A stretch of 64,000 nt of DNA from Marsupella aquatica (lineage: Eukaryota; Plantae; Marchantiophyta): the NCBI GenBank assembly GCA_973895155.1, contig OZ316897.1:7926470-7990469 (forward strand), in the 5' to 3' direction. Positions 1-14,700 of this stretch are shown here, in pieces. Positions within the stretch are counted from its first letter, which is position 1. Each line of letters opens with the position of its first letter. The notes beneath the pieces were generated by a model. The model had not been told where the DNA came from, did not search any database, and saw nothing but the letters and a program-made list of their open reading frames with translations. The translations under genes and the position numbers were made by a program.

Positions 1-460
1 GAACTAACTGTGATCTGAAGTAAATGGCCTTTACTAGAAGGGTGAAGATGAGTCATCCCGTCCTGCACCACATGAACTATCTCTTTCTTTTCTTCTTAGA
101 GTACGGACTATTGACCGTAGTGGCATTTCCTTTCGGACAGACATGCCGTTCCTTTCAGTAGACATCGATGGGCATGGGCAGTAGATAATTTGGTTTGTTG
201 TTCAGGGTGGGCTGGGTGTCTACAGGTAGTCGGGGGAGAAGTGTGTTTGGTACTTGTCTTCCATGTATCAATTGAAGTAATTGACTAATGAGGCTATAAA
301 ATGTCCGGACGGGCTTGCTTAGTAAGAGTGTTAGGTTTCAAGCCACTTGAACTAGGGATATCCTTTGCACCAGAGAGCAGTTGCATTAAGGACAATGATT
401 CACATGACAAGCTGCAGTCTTAGTGACGTCTTGTTTGTTTTGACAATGCTTCATGATGCG

Positions 461-724
461 ACACTGTACGTGTATGCAGACTACTGCCACACGGATCGCT
501 AGGAAACCACTTTCTGAGCAATTTTCAATATTGAGAGGGAATGAACGAATTGATTCTATGGTCGGCAGATTCATAATTGGGACAAGGGCGACACACTCTA
601 CATGTATTCAAACCTACTCCCGCAAGGATCGCTAGGAAACTAGTTTCTGAGTAAATTTCTTTGTTAAGAGGGAATGAACGAATTGGTTCTATGGTCGGTA
701 GATCCATAATTGGGCAAGGGCAAC
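461..724. repeat. Degenerate tandem duplication, 2 x ~133 bp
   Basis: ggatcgctaggaaac...gagggaatgaacgaatt..ttctatggtcgg.agat.cataattggg occurs at ~493 and ~627. Confidence 0.8.
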
Positions 725-2959
725 AAAACTAGCCAAAGCGAGTTGAAATTGACAAGGTTGTACAAGTCCAATCTTACCGAGATGTGCACTCGTCGAGCGA
801 CAATGACATCCTTTTCTGGACAATTCAAGCGTCAGGACACTCTGCACTGCAGAGAGAAAGGTTGATTTCTGCAGAACCCGCCAATTGTACACCCTCAAAG
901 AACTCAATAGCCATTGATGCTGGAAGCTTACCTGACCCACGGATTTCCATCGGTGCTTGCCCGACGATGGGCTACTCACATGATACTTTGACGGCTTCGG
1001 TTTGTAGTAAGCACCCACTCGGTACCGAAGGTCGTTGTATCGTTTCAAAATAATCAGCTTATTTTCCTAGTTGGTCTTCAAAAACAAGAGTTGCCGGCAT
1101 AGCTCAGGAGAATGAGTCTGAGTTTGAGTTATTCTCGATCTGACGTGTCGTTTGGATTCGGCTAAGGACCTGATGTCGCTGTGAAGTTCAACTTACCTTT
1201 GATTCTAAGAGTACTCGATTGACGACCACTCGACAATTAGATGCATCTCGAGATGCATGGAGCTTGATGACTAATCGCCTGGCGTCTTTACTTTACATGC
1301 GTCCAGAGCTTGTGGTTAGCGCCATTGTCGACTTTCGTCCTTGCAGTCCGTCACGGAGATCATGCGTTGATGAACAAGTTGTTGACAAAACGATATCGAT
1401 GCACCCTTTCAGGCTAGATTGCGAATTAGTTCGAGAATTCCAGATTAAGTGTGCGCGCTCTTTCTCCCCCTTCACATGGATTGTGGCTAAATATTGGTTA
1501 TGCTCAATCTAGTCGACAGCTTCATTGCACAATTGACCACCTATTCTTTTGATGATCACTTTTTCTAGAAAATCAATGCATTAACCCATTACAGTAACGC
1601 CTCACAGGGGTCCAGGTCGCTGATGGTACACACCAGTAGTGCTTGAGAAAGACGACCGGTTGGCCGAGCCAAAATGTGGCCGATGCCATGCTTTATCTCC
1701 TTTGGATCAAATCCAGTACAACCTATGGACACCTAGTTTGCCACATCAGTGATTGCTGGATTCGGCGTGTCGAAGCAGACTGCGAAGGATATAAGAAAGA
1801 CTTTTCTGAAGTGATATAGAGTGAAATAGAAATCGCATCCTCCGTATACAGCAGATATAAATCTATCGTAGGTGCACATCAGAGCTAAGAGATTCATTAA
1901 TGCCTGGCCCTTAGGTCTTGCACTAAATGGGCATCGGATCATAATCATCAATTTGCTACTTCTCGTGAGGATAGGTAACAAATAGACCTGTCTAAATCGA
2001 ATGAAATCCATGTAGCAAAAAAATCTAATTTTGAGAGTGCCAGGTAATTCTGGGTACCCTCAGTAAAAGCTTTGCGGAAAGTACACCTACACCAAGAGAG
2101 TGAACTTACCTCACATATGGCACAAAACATAATTTAATCTGCAAGCCATCTCAGGCAAGGGCCAAGCTGGTCTGAGCCTTGAAAATTGCACGGTTCTCGA
2201 CTTCATATTTTAGCTGCATGGTCCAGCTGTCCAGCTGTCCCTTAACAAGCATAAATCCGAGGACAGCCGAAACTCATGGCACAATGAGTGCACATTATAA
2301 TCAGAGGGACACAAGCACCTGCAACTCACTATGCCTCAACATTTAGCTGCTGGTCTGGCACGACCTTTCAACGAAGTATTCTTCGTTCCCAACAGGACCT
2401 TTGCTCATCACAATTCATGACAGATGGTGGGGCACTCAAGAGGAGGTCGAGAATCAAAGGACTACAGTCACTGGCATTTGCTTGCATCAGAAGTACTAAC
2501 AGACTATGTACAGGTAGAGACGAGCAACATTCAAGGTTTTATTTGTTCCATGGCCAATTAGAAATAGTGGGGCCCATTTAGTTAAAAATGTTCTCACAGT
2601 GTTAAGTGTCCTTTCCCTGAACAGTCTAGATAAATTTGGATAATAATAATTAAGCAACAATGTTGTTTCCACGTGCCAAAACCAAGCAAATCTCATTACA
2701 ATCTTGGCTCCTCCTGCAGGGTGAGACTGGAAGCTGTACTACCCACAGAAGAAGCATACATGACAATTCTGAAATCTACACTATATAACACAGGCTCGGG
2801 CCTAAAGAATTTGATAACAATCTAATCTTCTTGGAGAGTGCAAGATAACATAAACAATTGGCTGGAGTTGATTTCTCATGTTTACAGCAAAAGGGTTTTG
2901 CCGCCTTCAGTTGAAAAGTTGATTGCAAAGACTGAGGCAGTCAATAGAATAGGCACTAG

Positions 2960-5900
2960 TCAGGTCTCACCCAAGAGACCAGCACATAGTTGAGCACGTT
3001 CGTTCCTAAGCATTGCAATCTCCATGCGAATTCCTTCGTCCCCTTGGCCAGCTCCCTCAGCAATAGTTTGTTCCAAGGTCGCAATGATGCGCTCGATGCT
3101 CTTTATCTGTCACAAAATGCCAAGCGGTTCAACAAAATTGACTGCATGGTACTGAAACATTTGGAAGCTTCACCGACCTTATTTATTTAGTCTATCTTCA
3201 TGAGCGCTTGTGTGTTTGAGGAAAGGTTAGACATCTGGTTTGATGAATGAAAATCTTTTACCTTGCGGTGAGGCCATCGGCGCATGCCATTTCGACGACA
3301 GATCTTTTTCAGAACAGTGGGACATATTCCAAGTTCTTTCGCTGCTGCGTTGATAGGGAGATGGAAATGTTGGGCCAAATCGGACATTTTTAGCTTCCCT
3401 GTTCTTTCCCTCTGCAAATCAGCAAATTGAGTTAGCACTGCAAGAGGTCATAAGAGAGGTGAGTGCAATGACTTGTAGTAATAAAAAGACGAAGTCACGT
3501 GAGCCAACTCAAACAAGGGCTAAATTTTGCCCAATTTGCATCATCATGAGATCATATACTGAATCACTGAAATCTCGGAGTAATGAAAAGCAAGACCTAT
3601 AAAAGCAAACACAACCACCACCAATAAAGTGCCTGCAATTCCTTCAAAATATGCAAGCAGAAGGAAGCATAAACATGGCTATGAAAGCACGAGTCATCAG
3701 TTTCGGTCGGCAGGCCCAAAATGGCAACAGGAACAGCATGACTTCCAAGTACAAAGAGAAACTGCAATAGTTGAGTTTGATTGAGAAAGTAATAAAACCT
3801 GTGCAGCAGCATTGCTTTTTGGAGGCTTTATTGGTGTCATCGGTGTCTCTGCATGATCCGTACTGTCCAAGCTGCCACTCCTATGGAGTTTGCTCTGACC
3901 TGGTGTAATTATAGGTTTTTAATAGGGTAACCTAACGTTGTCTGATAAGTAATCAAAACAAGTAGAATGTAAATAATGGCAACAACAATAGGGCAAGGAA
4001 TATGAGAACAAACTCATCAAACGAGACTACCAGGACCCTCGAGGAGGCTGAACTGGTCTTCCTACCATATCAGCCCCATGGAAAACATCAAAGCTGGGTA
4101 AGCTTACACAGATATGATTGAGACGAGAACATTTGTCTAAGCGTTTGGTAACACCGGTGGGACTTTGACAAGAATGGAGGAGGAGATAAGAGTAGCTTAT
4201 CCGAAGAAATACTAAGCATGCCAGGGAGGGAACTATGACCCAGCAGCTTTAGGAGCCGGATGGCAGACGGAATCATGACACGACCAGACAGGCGAGATCC
4301 CTCCGTACCAGCTGAGAGAGAATCATGCCGGAGCACAAAACCTTCCTTCCTCCGAAGAAGGCTGTACTGCAATAGAAACTGCTTCACATACTCTGCGTTA
4401 CCCACTGGAAATCTGTACACAACCGAAGCAATGGTCAGATGGGCCATGCAACCATGACACCAAAGGATATTAATGTTGGCCGTGTTCTGGAACAGGTCCA
4501 AATTTGGGTGGTCATGCGAGCTATTAAAATTTACGGATTAGCTACCTCATAAGAGCCATTCATAATTACTTTTGACCGACTTGTTTTACAACGAGACGGA
4601 TGATATCTCAGATCACAAACACAGGGGTGATATGCTCATGGAATAAAGATCAGTTGGCATAAAGATCTAATCTTACTCAACCATCTGTTGCTCCAATGTT
4701 GCGGGAAATCCATCATCAATACAAAAACGGGTCTGTAGCACAGCATGATAACTTTGGCCATCACAGCCATGAATCTCAAGTTTTGTGTCTTGAACACCTG
4801 TCTCACAAGAAAGGAACAAACAAAGTCCACTTACGCTTTGATCCTCAATACGAGAAAAAATACATTTAACACAAACCCTATCGCAATATAGTCCACTTGG
4901 CGAGAAATCGAAAGGGGGCAGCACGTAAAACCATCAAGACCACTTGCTTTTCAGGGGTAAACAAAGCGGAGTAATGAGGGATGCGAAGTCGGACTATTTC
5001 AACAATCTCACTGGGACATTCAACAATTTGAGAGACTGGGAAGGAACTTGACCACAAAGGATAAGTCCCAGTAAAGGATTTTATGCCAGGAGAACATTTT
5101 AGGTGCTGGCCTAGCAGACCATGTTACTCTCCGAGCCATCTTAGGATTCAGGAATCTGTTTCAGAGACTGCAAAATCCCTACAAGGGCAACCTACGCAAG
5201 GATGATTCTTTTAGGCAACAAAGTTCGTAGGTGTAGGAGTTTTAGTGGGTAAACCATTGGAGTGGATGATGCGGCGCAGAATTTGGCAAGATTCACACTG
5301 CAAGGAGTTGTGCTGCTGTGTTGAATTGGACTGGAGGGCGCCCTCTCGCGGCAGGCTCCAATCCATGGGGGTGCTGGGACACATCAAAGGATTCACCCCA
5401 CCTGAGGTAGAGGCCCCATGCTCCATACTGGCTAGCGCACGATCTTCTACTTCCATGAGCCCGCCTGGCTCACCTCCCAAGTATGATCCTTGTGTGAACA
5501 TGGGAGGTGGAAAGTTCAAAGGGATTCTACTACCTGCAGGATGATAGGGCACATTGATCCTCAAAGGAGAGATGGGATGGTTCAAGAAGTTTTCATGAGT
5601 ACCACTGAAGAGAGCAAATGAATCTTTGGCAATGTCAGCATCGATCTCATCAAAAGCGATCAATTCTCCATTGAGAGTGTCGTCTACAGAAGTTCCTTCA
5701 CTTTCAACTCCTTTATCAAATAATAATGTGCTGAAATCAGGCTCTGAGCCTTCACCCCGTTGATTCCTACTGGTACGAGTATTGAACGGTGGCAAAGGGG
5801 TGAGCAAATTGAAGGTGGGAGTTGGTATGTTGAAGCCTGCGAAGTTGAAAAAGGTTTCTTCAGTGTTGCTATCCTTCGGAGTCTTCAAAAACTCAGATAT

Positions 5901-5975
5901 GTCAAAACGAGGACTGTTGAAGGAATTGAGAACAACCCCGTCACAATTGGGAGAACCTATCTGTCCTCCAGCCAT
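2960..5975 (-). CDS. RWP-RK domain transcription factor (non-NLP, RKD/MID-like), multi-exon
   Basis: Exon 3411-3262 encodes RERTGKLKMSDLAQHFHLPINAAAKELGICPTVLKKICRRNGMRRWPHRK. In-phase GT-AG exons: 5975-5255 (ends CESCQILRRIIHSNG), 4797-4677 (KLEIHG..HAVL), exon starting 4412, 3899-3799, and last exon 3106-2960 (IKSIERII...LLGET*). No PB1 domain. Exon boundaries between 4030 and 4330 are unresolved. Confidence 0.9.
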
Positions 5976-8879
5976 CTCTTTCGACGATAAAAGTGTCTTT
6001 CGACGATAGGAGTGGTGACAGAGCTCCACACAATGTCAATAAATGCACGTTACCAACCGCGGTCGACTTGGAAGATTGGAAGCGGGATCACTGAATTGTT
6101 GATCTCCACATGCAATCGAACCCGGAATGTATAAATCGGTATGTATCAATATGTTTGGAGCCATTGACATAGACAGGAGTCTCCAAACCATCTTCGCCAT
6201 CAGCAAGACAAATTATTGAAATAATGGGATCGGGGATGCCCATCACAGGAAATGGCTCACTGGGAAGGGAACCTCGAAATAATCAGGGCGCCATGGAAAG
6301 GCTCAGTCAAAATGAACACATTGAAAAGGGAGAGCAGAGATGCAGATTGGGACTAAGAAGTAGAAAGATTGGCTGGGCTATCTTGGCTGAGAAATTTCAA
6401 AGATCGATTTTTGCATAGAAGGTGCCCAGCATGAATGATTTTGCAAAGGCTGTACAGACAGCAATACAAATGAGAAATTCGACAACACAATTCGCTGAAT
6501 GTTATTGAATTCCTTCTTATTTGGATGTCACCTTTTCAGCAACAGTTTGCGAGCTTCTCAGCAACAATTTGCAAACCCTGAGGCGCCTTGACGATGCAAT
6601 CGGGAATTCTATCGAGGACTACCAACAGCGTGGATAGACTCAAAAGCAGGATCAGAGGACGGGGCAAATTACAGCAAATGAATCGGATTGAAGTGACAGG
6701 TCCAACAACGGATCCACGATAATGGTAGATCTTTAGGTGGCAAAGCGCGGAATGCATGAAGCAGGAGGCGTGTACCGGCAGGCAATTGTGGCTCCTTGAC
6801 ACGCGCAATTTTAAGTTCTTTGGAAGCAGATAATTTACTCTGATCCTGCTCAACAAAGATTGAATCAGTAATTACAGGAAAATCTATACAACGACACCAC
6901 AGATCTAACAAAGCAGAATTGCAAAAACGACATGTCGAGAAGAAATCGCCCGACAAAAATGTTCGAGCAATGGGGGAACGAACACGATATTTCTGGCAAT
7001 GCACTTACAACAGCAGAAAGTATTGAACAGCAACGATTGAGCAGAAAAGATCGGAACGGAAAAATCAACTGTGCAGATTTTGAATTACAAAACTAAACCA
7101 CTTAGAGAAAATCAAAGTTCAAACAGAGGCACGAAATTGAAGTCGGTCAGGCCACAGAAATTGCGGCCCGCCGCGAGCTTCTGGAGGTGAGAAGGTGCAC
7201 ATATACAAGACGTGGAGAATGAGATCGAGAGAGTTGTCAAACAATGCAACTGCTCAAATAGGGAAATTCGGAATGCTTGACTGGTTAATGAAAGCCCTGC
7301 TATAAAACGAAGAGACAAACGAGTTGACATGAATTGAGATACAATGGGATGGGCCGGACCACCTAACAGGCACCACGATCCTCGACGAGCGGGGCCAGAT
7401 TTCAGAATTAGGAAAGACTGTTTGTCCTTGCGAATGGGGTCAAAGATAGCAACCACGATTGATGTCAAGCCCTCGGAAAACCAGAGGAATTGAAATTCAG
7501 GAGCGGCAGCTTCCAATCCTGCTCGCCACTCATGGCCCTCGTTTTGCCAATTTCCTTCGGGATTTCTCTGAAAGATGCATCTCACAAACCCTTGCCTTTG
7601 CCTTAGCAATCAGTCTGTGATCCAGTAGTCTCACTGCAGTGCTGCATTTATTCAATGCATCCAACGGGAAGACGTCTCCTCCGCCTGCTGTCGATTGGTT
7701 GTCTTGGACTGGAAGACCGGACGCCGCCTTCTTGTGATTCAGCCGGCCATAAGGCCATTTGATTCCCTGGCGTGCAGCCCCGCGGCCCTATCCTCCTGGC
7801 GGTCACGGGAACCAGAAAGAGGCGAGCCCTGCACCGCATCTGTTGCTTCCCACCAGTTTTATAAAATTGAGGCTCTGCGTTGGAAGGTGCAGGAAAAACT
7901 CGGATTATTTATGAGCTCATTTCTCACTGGAAACCTCTTTTTCTGTTCCAAAACACGAGTAGTCTCGTCAAACCGACTTGTCCTGAAGATGCCACACGAG
8001 ATCGAACAAATTCCTTTTACTCCTGATCTATTTCTTGGCATTGCGATTCTTCAAGCCTTGCGTGGGCGGTCAATGGATGGCAAGGTTTTGAACTACAACG
8101 TCACCAGCGAGCTGCACAGGAGGATTGTGTCTCGAGGTGAGCTTATTGATCATTACCAAAAACTGTGCAGAATTCATTGCTCAGAAACTCTCATTTACTG
8201 AACCGCTAATCTGTGAGAAGATGTGATGAGGAGAACGGCGACTTCGTAAATTTGTGAACGAAAAGCACTGCCGTCAGCAGTTCAACACTTGCTCAATGCC
8301 TTTGGATACCTCCAGAATTGATGTCTGAAGTCTAGCCGACGGCCAGAATGTAAAAGAGATGTACCGTATTGTATACGTCCAGATCAGGATTCGGACGAAA
8401 CGCCAGAGATTCGAAAAGCTTGCACGAGCGGCCAAGCTTTGATCCCCGCTTTGATCTCTCTTTGGTGTTTCCCGTTCATTTCAAACCGTCGGGACGAAGT
8501 TTTACTATCTCAGCGCGAAAGTTCTTCTCAAATCTTTAGCGCAGTACAGGGACATCAAGATTGTCGAGTTTGTCTACTAACGACACTCGAGCAAGAGTTT
8601 GCCTACTAACAAGACTCGAGCAACTATGAAAGTGTACTGTTCCCACTGCATATGCAGGCACATGACGGATACCTGGTTGTATACGACGAAGCCGTCTCGA
8701 ATGGCCCTCTTGTAACCGTAACGTGACATTTTACGATGATTCTGACAGTGATTGATGTGACCTGGATTTCGAGAGCCAATTCTCGCTAAAAGTACGGCCA
8801 AATTAGTGTGGAACAGCACATCGCGAATTTCACAACGTACTTTTGAGTATCGCAGTAGGCGTGGACCTCGTAATCTCCA

Positions 8880-9640
8880 GATGATCATGATCACAGAAGG
8901 CACCTTCACGTTGAGATCGAGTTCATGTGCATTATTCTGATTCCGAAGACTTCCCGGCATCATATCCGAGACGGAAAACACTATAATAATCGGGACTCCT
9001 ACATGAAAATTTGCATCCTAGGGTCGATTGTGGTGAGGCTAGCGATCATGATCAACGCAGGTACCTTCAAGTTGAGATCGCAGTTATTCGGTTTCGAAAA
9101 AGCCTTCCAGCATAAATCGGATGGGAAAAACACTCAGAAGTCGGGATTCCTCCATGAAATTGGACTCGATTAAGGTGAGGCTATCGTCAATTCAAAGAGA
9201 TTAAAAACAGATGAACATGATCACCGGAGGTACCTTGTAGTTGAGATCAAAGTCCAGCTTCATTATGCGGCTCATCGAAAGAGTTCGAGGCTCGATTTGC
9301 ATCCTAACCTAGCTCGATTAAGGCGATGCTATTGTCCTTCAAAGTGATTAGAAGACAGTCATACTTCCAGGGAGGACATTCGAGGAGAAAAACACTGTAA
9401 TGGTCGAGAATACTACATGAAAATTAGTATCACACACTTGATTGAGGTGAGGCCGTCGTTCATTCAAAGAGATTACAAAACAGGTGAACATCATCGCCGG
9501 AGGTACCTTGAAGTTGAGATCGAAGTCCATCTTCATTATTCGGCTCCCCAAAGACTTCCAGGCATAAAATTCGAAGAGAAGAACACTGCCTCAGTCGGCA
9601 CTCATACATGAAAATTTCGATCCTAGAGTCGATTACGGTG
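8880..9640. repeat. Degenerate tandem repeat (~4 units)
   Basis: catgatcac.g.agg.acctt.a.gttgagatc recurs at ~8886, ~9047, ~9217 and ~9489, with shared downstream catgaaaatt...tcgatt...gtgagg. Confidence 0.75.
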
Positions 9641-11180
9641 ACACTGGTTATCGTTCATTCCGATTACAAGTACAGTACGTCTGTCTCGATTCCATTCCTT
9701 ATTCCTACCTCACTTTGTATAGCATACCATAAATCGGGGATTCAAGATCATCTTGGAAGACTCAAATCACATGGAGAATGCTGAATTCTTCAAGCGGGGG
9801 AAATCAAACAGAACTGTAAACATCGAAGAGCACTCTCTACTGACAGAATTCGAGCACGGCGTTGATCAGTGATGTCCAGATCTTCGTAATGTACTTCAAT
9901 CTTGGTACTCTACTGTAGTTCGAAGAATAGCATTCTTGGTTGACAGGAAGGAAGCTATTACTAATGGTAAAGATTGAACCTCAAACAATAAAATTAAGGA
10001 AGAGATGAGAGTTTATCATGAATGTATCTTGGAGACTAAATTTTGTTCTACAGAACAGGACATCCAGATTGATAGATAGTGTGGTCATGTGACAAATCAA
10101 GGGACGCTAGTTCTTTGTTTGAATTTAGTAAAATCCTAATTACAGGACATTGTGGTCCATTAAGCTTGGAAAAACGACTGCTTAGTTGAGTTTCGATGGG
10201 TGAGAACACCGGGATTCGATGACCTATTTGATGACCTATTTGATGACCTATTTGATGGACCTTAAATTTAATAGTTAAAGTTATGGACAGATTCTCTTTT
10301 TGCCACAAAGATTTGTCATATGTCATGACCATAAGTCACCCTAGAGGCTAGGGAAAAAAATAACCTTAACAAAGCTTTTTGCACTACCCTGTGAAAAGCT
10401 ATGGCCTCTGTTTCGCACCAAATGTCAGCCACTTTGAAGCATTGAGACTCCCTAATAAGTTAATACACCTAAACCCCAACTTTGAAGCATTGAGACTCCT
10501 TAATAAGTTGATAGACCTAAACACCTAAGAAATTTTCCATGTAATTACTGACTTTGTAAAAGTAGAAGAGACGTTTCAATAATTCGCTATTCAAATATTG
10601 ACTGTGCATTCTTTTCCCCAAATGCCCTAAAAGTTACAAAGAGTAAACTATGAATAAGTCTAATAAGTTTGTAACTTTCTGTGGGCTGGCCAAAGGTGGG
10701 TGCTTATAGTGTCTTGAGCCTTAGCGATGTTTCCCTTTGTAATTTAATGGACAAGGATGTACAGTCCTGACTTGGATCAGATTCTTATCAAACGGCTCCT
10801 CTATTTTTACGTAACATAAAAAAATTAATTAATTTCCATAGGCCTTAAACTGTATTAATGCCCTATCAGGAGGGCACTATGGGCACTAGTAGCCCCTCAA
10901 AACTAGAGCTAATTATGCCCTGTTTTTATTTATCCTTGTATATACCTTGGGAGTTACTATATACAAGGGGGAAGCCATTGGGCCTACCCGGGTAGGGCAC
11001 TTGTCCTTGCTCTTGGAAGGGTAACTATGAGTATGTGATTGTGTAGTGAGTGCACGAAAGGCGTTCGGTTTGGGCACAAGGCAAATGCAGGGAAAAATTT
11101 AAGGGCTGCCTAAGATGTGACTATGACTCACTCATTATCCTGCACACTCAGTCTTTGATGACAATCTACAACTATAATAA

Positions 11181-11729
11181 GTGATCCCGCCTTTTTTTGT
11201 CTTTCGTCCCGTTATGAAATACAGAATTGGCGGGAATCAAATCTGGCCGTTAGATATTTTAGAGGATTTATGTATCCATTTGATTCGATTACCACTTGTC
11301 CTCTCTTGCCTCTCAGCCCCCCGGCCCTGTGGGCCGGCCATCATTGCACCGTGCAAAGTGTTGAGCATAGACGACATTTGTAACGGCAAGCCCATGAACC
11401 ATCCAATGCACAAGAGTCGACACAGAGAGATACGTGGTTCACCTCCACATGAGACTACGTCCACGGGAACACACAAGAGCTTTACTGCACTCTAGGCCGA
11501 TAGGCCATACCAAGCATGCACAACACAAGCTCTCCCTATCTCTCAACTAGCTCCGTAACAATAAGCCTAAGTTCCACCAAGGTCTGGCTTCAGCCCTAGC
11601 TATATGCAAAACCGCACAACCGCTAACATTAGCTAAGTCCTAACCCAAGTTAGACTAACTGTGGTTAGCGCATGAGTCATAAGACTAGAGCAATATCTAA
11701 CACAAAGCTCGGGCATAGGGCTCGTGACA
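11181..11729. mobile_element. Probable solo LTR (~550 bp)
   Basis: Flanked by AATAA direct repeats (11176-80, 11730-34). Ends gggctcgtgaCA; begins gtgatcccgcc (initial T of TG missing). No ORF. Confidence 0.45.
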
Positions 11730-14700
11730 AATAAAAGAAATGGGGGGCAACATATTGGACAGTAACCTGTACATACGTGCAAACTCCTGGGGATGACAAT
11801 CTTAAAATCCCCATACATGGGAATTGCATTACATCATGACTGCAATCCTATCCAATTTGCACTTATCCATTTGTTCATTCATCGATTAGCAAAAGGGACC
11901 ACAAGGGTTCGAGGTAAGTGTACGGAGACAGTTGATATTCAAAGTGCACAGCTCTCTCACAAATCCTTTGTAAGAAGGGTCATGCATGTCTTGCGATTTG
12001 GTGTGTTTGTTCTTTGGTAGTGCTATATAAAATTGTAGGATTCAATGTCTTAAGTAGTTTTCAGATTGTTCAAAGATGGACCTCCCAGTGGGGCACAGAC
12101 GGTCCTAAGGCACTGTGCACATGTATAATGGGACATTACATTTCTGCACTATTTACTGCAAGCAACGCTCTTCCAAAAATCCCCTGGCTAGCACTTACCA
12201 GCAATACAATGTCTGGCCTCTTTGCACTTATAAAAAAAGTGTTGACATCACTTATGAAGAGAATTTAGCAAGCCCTGATTATACTTGTAAAAGGTGCAAT
12301 CTCCACAGGAAATTCTGGGGAAGAAGCTGCCTCCCTTTGGTGCACTATACAAGGGATTGCACTTGTATCAGGTGCACTTATTTAGGGGTCACTGCACAAT
12401 GCCAATCCCACCCAATAAAATCAGACCCTTTGGGTACCCTATTGTCATCTGGGTTGGAAAAAAACATTATTTACATCAATTTTCATTTCATGAAATAAGT
12501 CATGGCCAGATTATAATTCTCCTGTGTTCAGTTTTTAATTTTTATAGACAATGTGTACACTGAAAATTAGTGTTTACACCAGGATATATGCTTAAAAAAT
12601 TTAAGACAATGTTTTTTAAGGTTTCACAAAGACCCCCAATTTTTTAACTTTCTTCTCCTAGACCCCCTCGTTAGCTCTATATTTATTACGCCCATCCTAT
12701 ATTATAGCATGTTATTATTATTATTGCTATCCTTCTATTTATGTTAATAAACAATTGACATTTTTATACATGCATGAGGGATCTCTCGTGGAGAGATGGT
12801 CTTCCCAAGAATGTGAGAAAGAAAGGCTTCAAGATAAGGCCACCCCTCCCCTTTTAAATCTACTTCATAGTTTTCACTAATAAGATTACTACCTGATTCT
12901 AAACGTTTTTGCTACTGGATTGCTGATATGAGTTTTTGAAACCAACAAAATATTTCCAAAACTATGTTGTTGCAAAGTTTGCTCCTCAAACATGATTGAC
13001 CCAGAGAGAGACTGAGTTGAGTACATTGGTCACGTTCCCCGCCACGTTCATCTGCATAACTACCGAATCAGGTTGGATATCCATGATAGAAATAGGCCGT
13101 GCATGCACCACGCTCACATTCACCAGGGAGGCCACCCCAAACTGGTGAGAAAAAAGTGATGCAAATGGGGCCTGTGTTTGTAGGCAACACATCAACGTAC
13201 TCACCGTCCATTACAAACTCTCCCAGATAGCTAGGGGCCAAATATCCCACTACTTGGCCATGGCCAAAAGGCAAGTTCCCAAGAGACAAGCAGCTGTCAG
13301 GAAAATAAGCCCCCCTAACGTGTGCATAATTTTAGAATAAGGAAATGGGCTGAAAAAGGATTTATAATCTTTAGAGGTCCCAGAGCTATCACATGTGGAG
13401 ATGGCTTTAAAAGTGGGGCTGAGAGTCGGCAGGCCCTAAACAGTCGGCCAAAAGTATAAAATCACCCAAAACTAAATTTTACTTGCTTTCAAGTAGATCC
13501 TAGCTCTAAATTAATGTGAAACTCATCCTAGCTCTAAAGAGTAATGATTAACCAGTATGTGGGTCTAGTTGTGAGTTGTTGGTAACATTATTGAACTCTA
13601 AATTTCTAACCACTTTTCTCTCAATTGGACTCTACCAAAAGGAAAGTTGTTTGATGTGGTAAGGGAAGGTGGGTGAGGGAGAATTAGGATGTAGGGTTCT
13701 TCTACAAGTGCCCCATTTATAACAACATTGTTGAGAGTAGCAAGGGGTAACAACTTGTTGATACCTAACTCAAGCAAGTGATTAAATAGGTTAACTCTCT
13801 GAACACAACGTACTTTACCATGAATTAGTGCTATTAAGCTATGGCCAATGTATGGTGTTAATATATATAGTCAATTTTTCCTTTTGGTCAAGGACGCACC
13901 CTAAAATGGGTGAACCAAACATCTTTTAATTCAAGATAGATTGTGTGTTGAACCCTGGTTCCTCAACACATGTATCTCAACACAACTAGCAATAAGGATG
14001 TCCATTCAAATGCAAAAAGACATTCATTTCACTACCCTTCACATATCATGGAAAGAGTTACAAGGTTTAATGTTTCCTAGTTCTTCCATGCCACATTGAT
14101 TTGTAGATTGATTGAATTGTTTTTCTGTTTTTTTTTAGGAATAAAGGGGGAAAGAGGGTGAGGACCACTCAAACCCAAACAAACAAGCTCCCATAATGAA
14201 TATTGTTTTTCTTTAAGTTTTCCTAGGTCATATCAGCATAGATGAGGTCGGCTCAGGTTAGATCTGCCTGGGTCAAATCAGCTTAAAAGGCATTTAATTA
14301 TGTCTTATGTGGCATACTAATCCGACAAATGTTGGCTATCTTTGCCTGTTTTCTTTCTTGACCCCATGCTCCATTGGTACTAAGATTTTGCCACAGTATA
14401 TGGTCACCATGTATATTCTATGAGCTCTAAAACTTTCAATTTTTAAATCAAGTACGAATGAAAGTTAAAAATGCTCAACCGTGCTCTAAGTTTTGAATTC
14501 AGCGTATGTAACGTCAGCATATGTAAATTTGGCTTAGGTAAGGTTGGTTGAGGTCAGATCTGCTTAGGTCAGGTTGACTTAAGGTCAGCTTAGGTAAAGC
14601 AGCTTAAGTGAAATGATCTCAGGTAAATCACCTAAGAAGAGATTTGTGTATATGTGGCAACCTGATCATTGGCTATCGTTGTCTATTTTATATATCTTTG

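Noticed and set aside
12960-13320. Coding-like GC-richer patch (also ~780-1050 and ~17400-17760)
   Set aside because: No recognisable domain or consistent exon structure.
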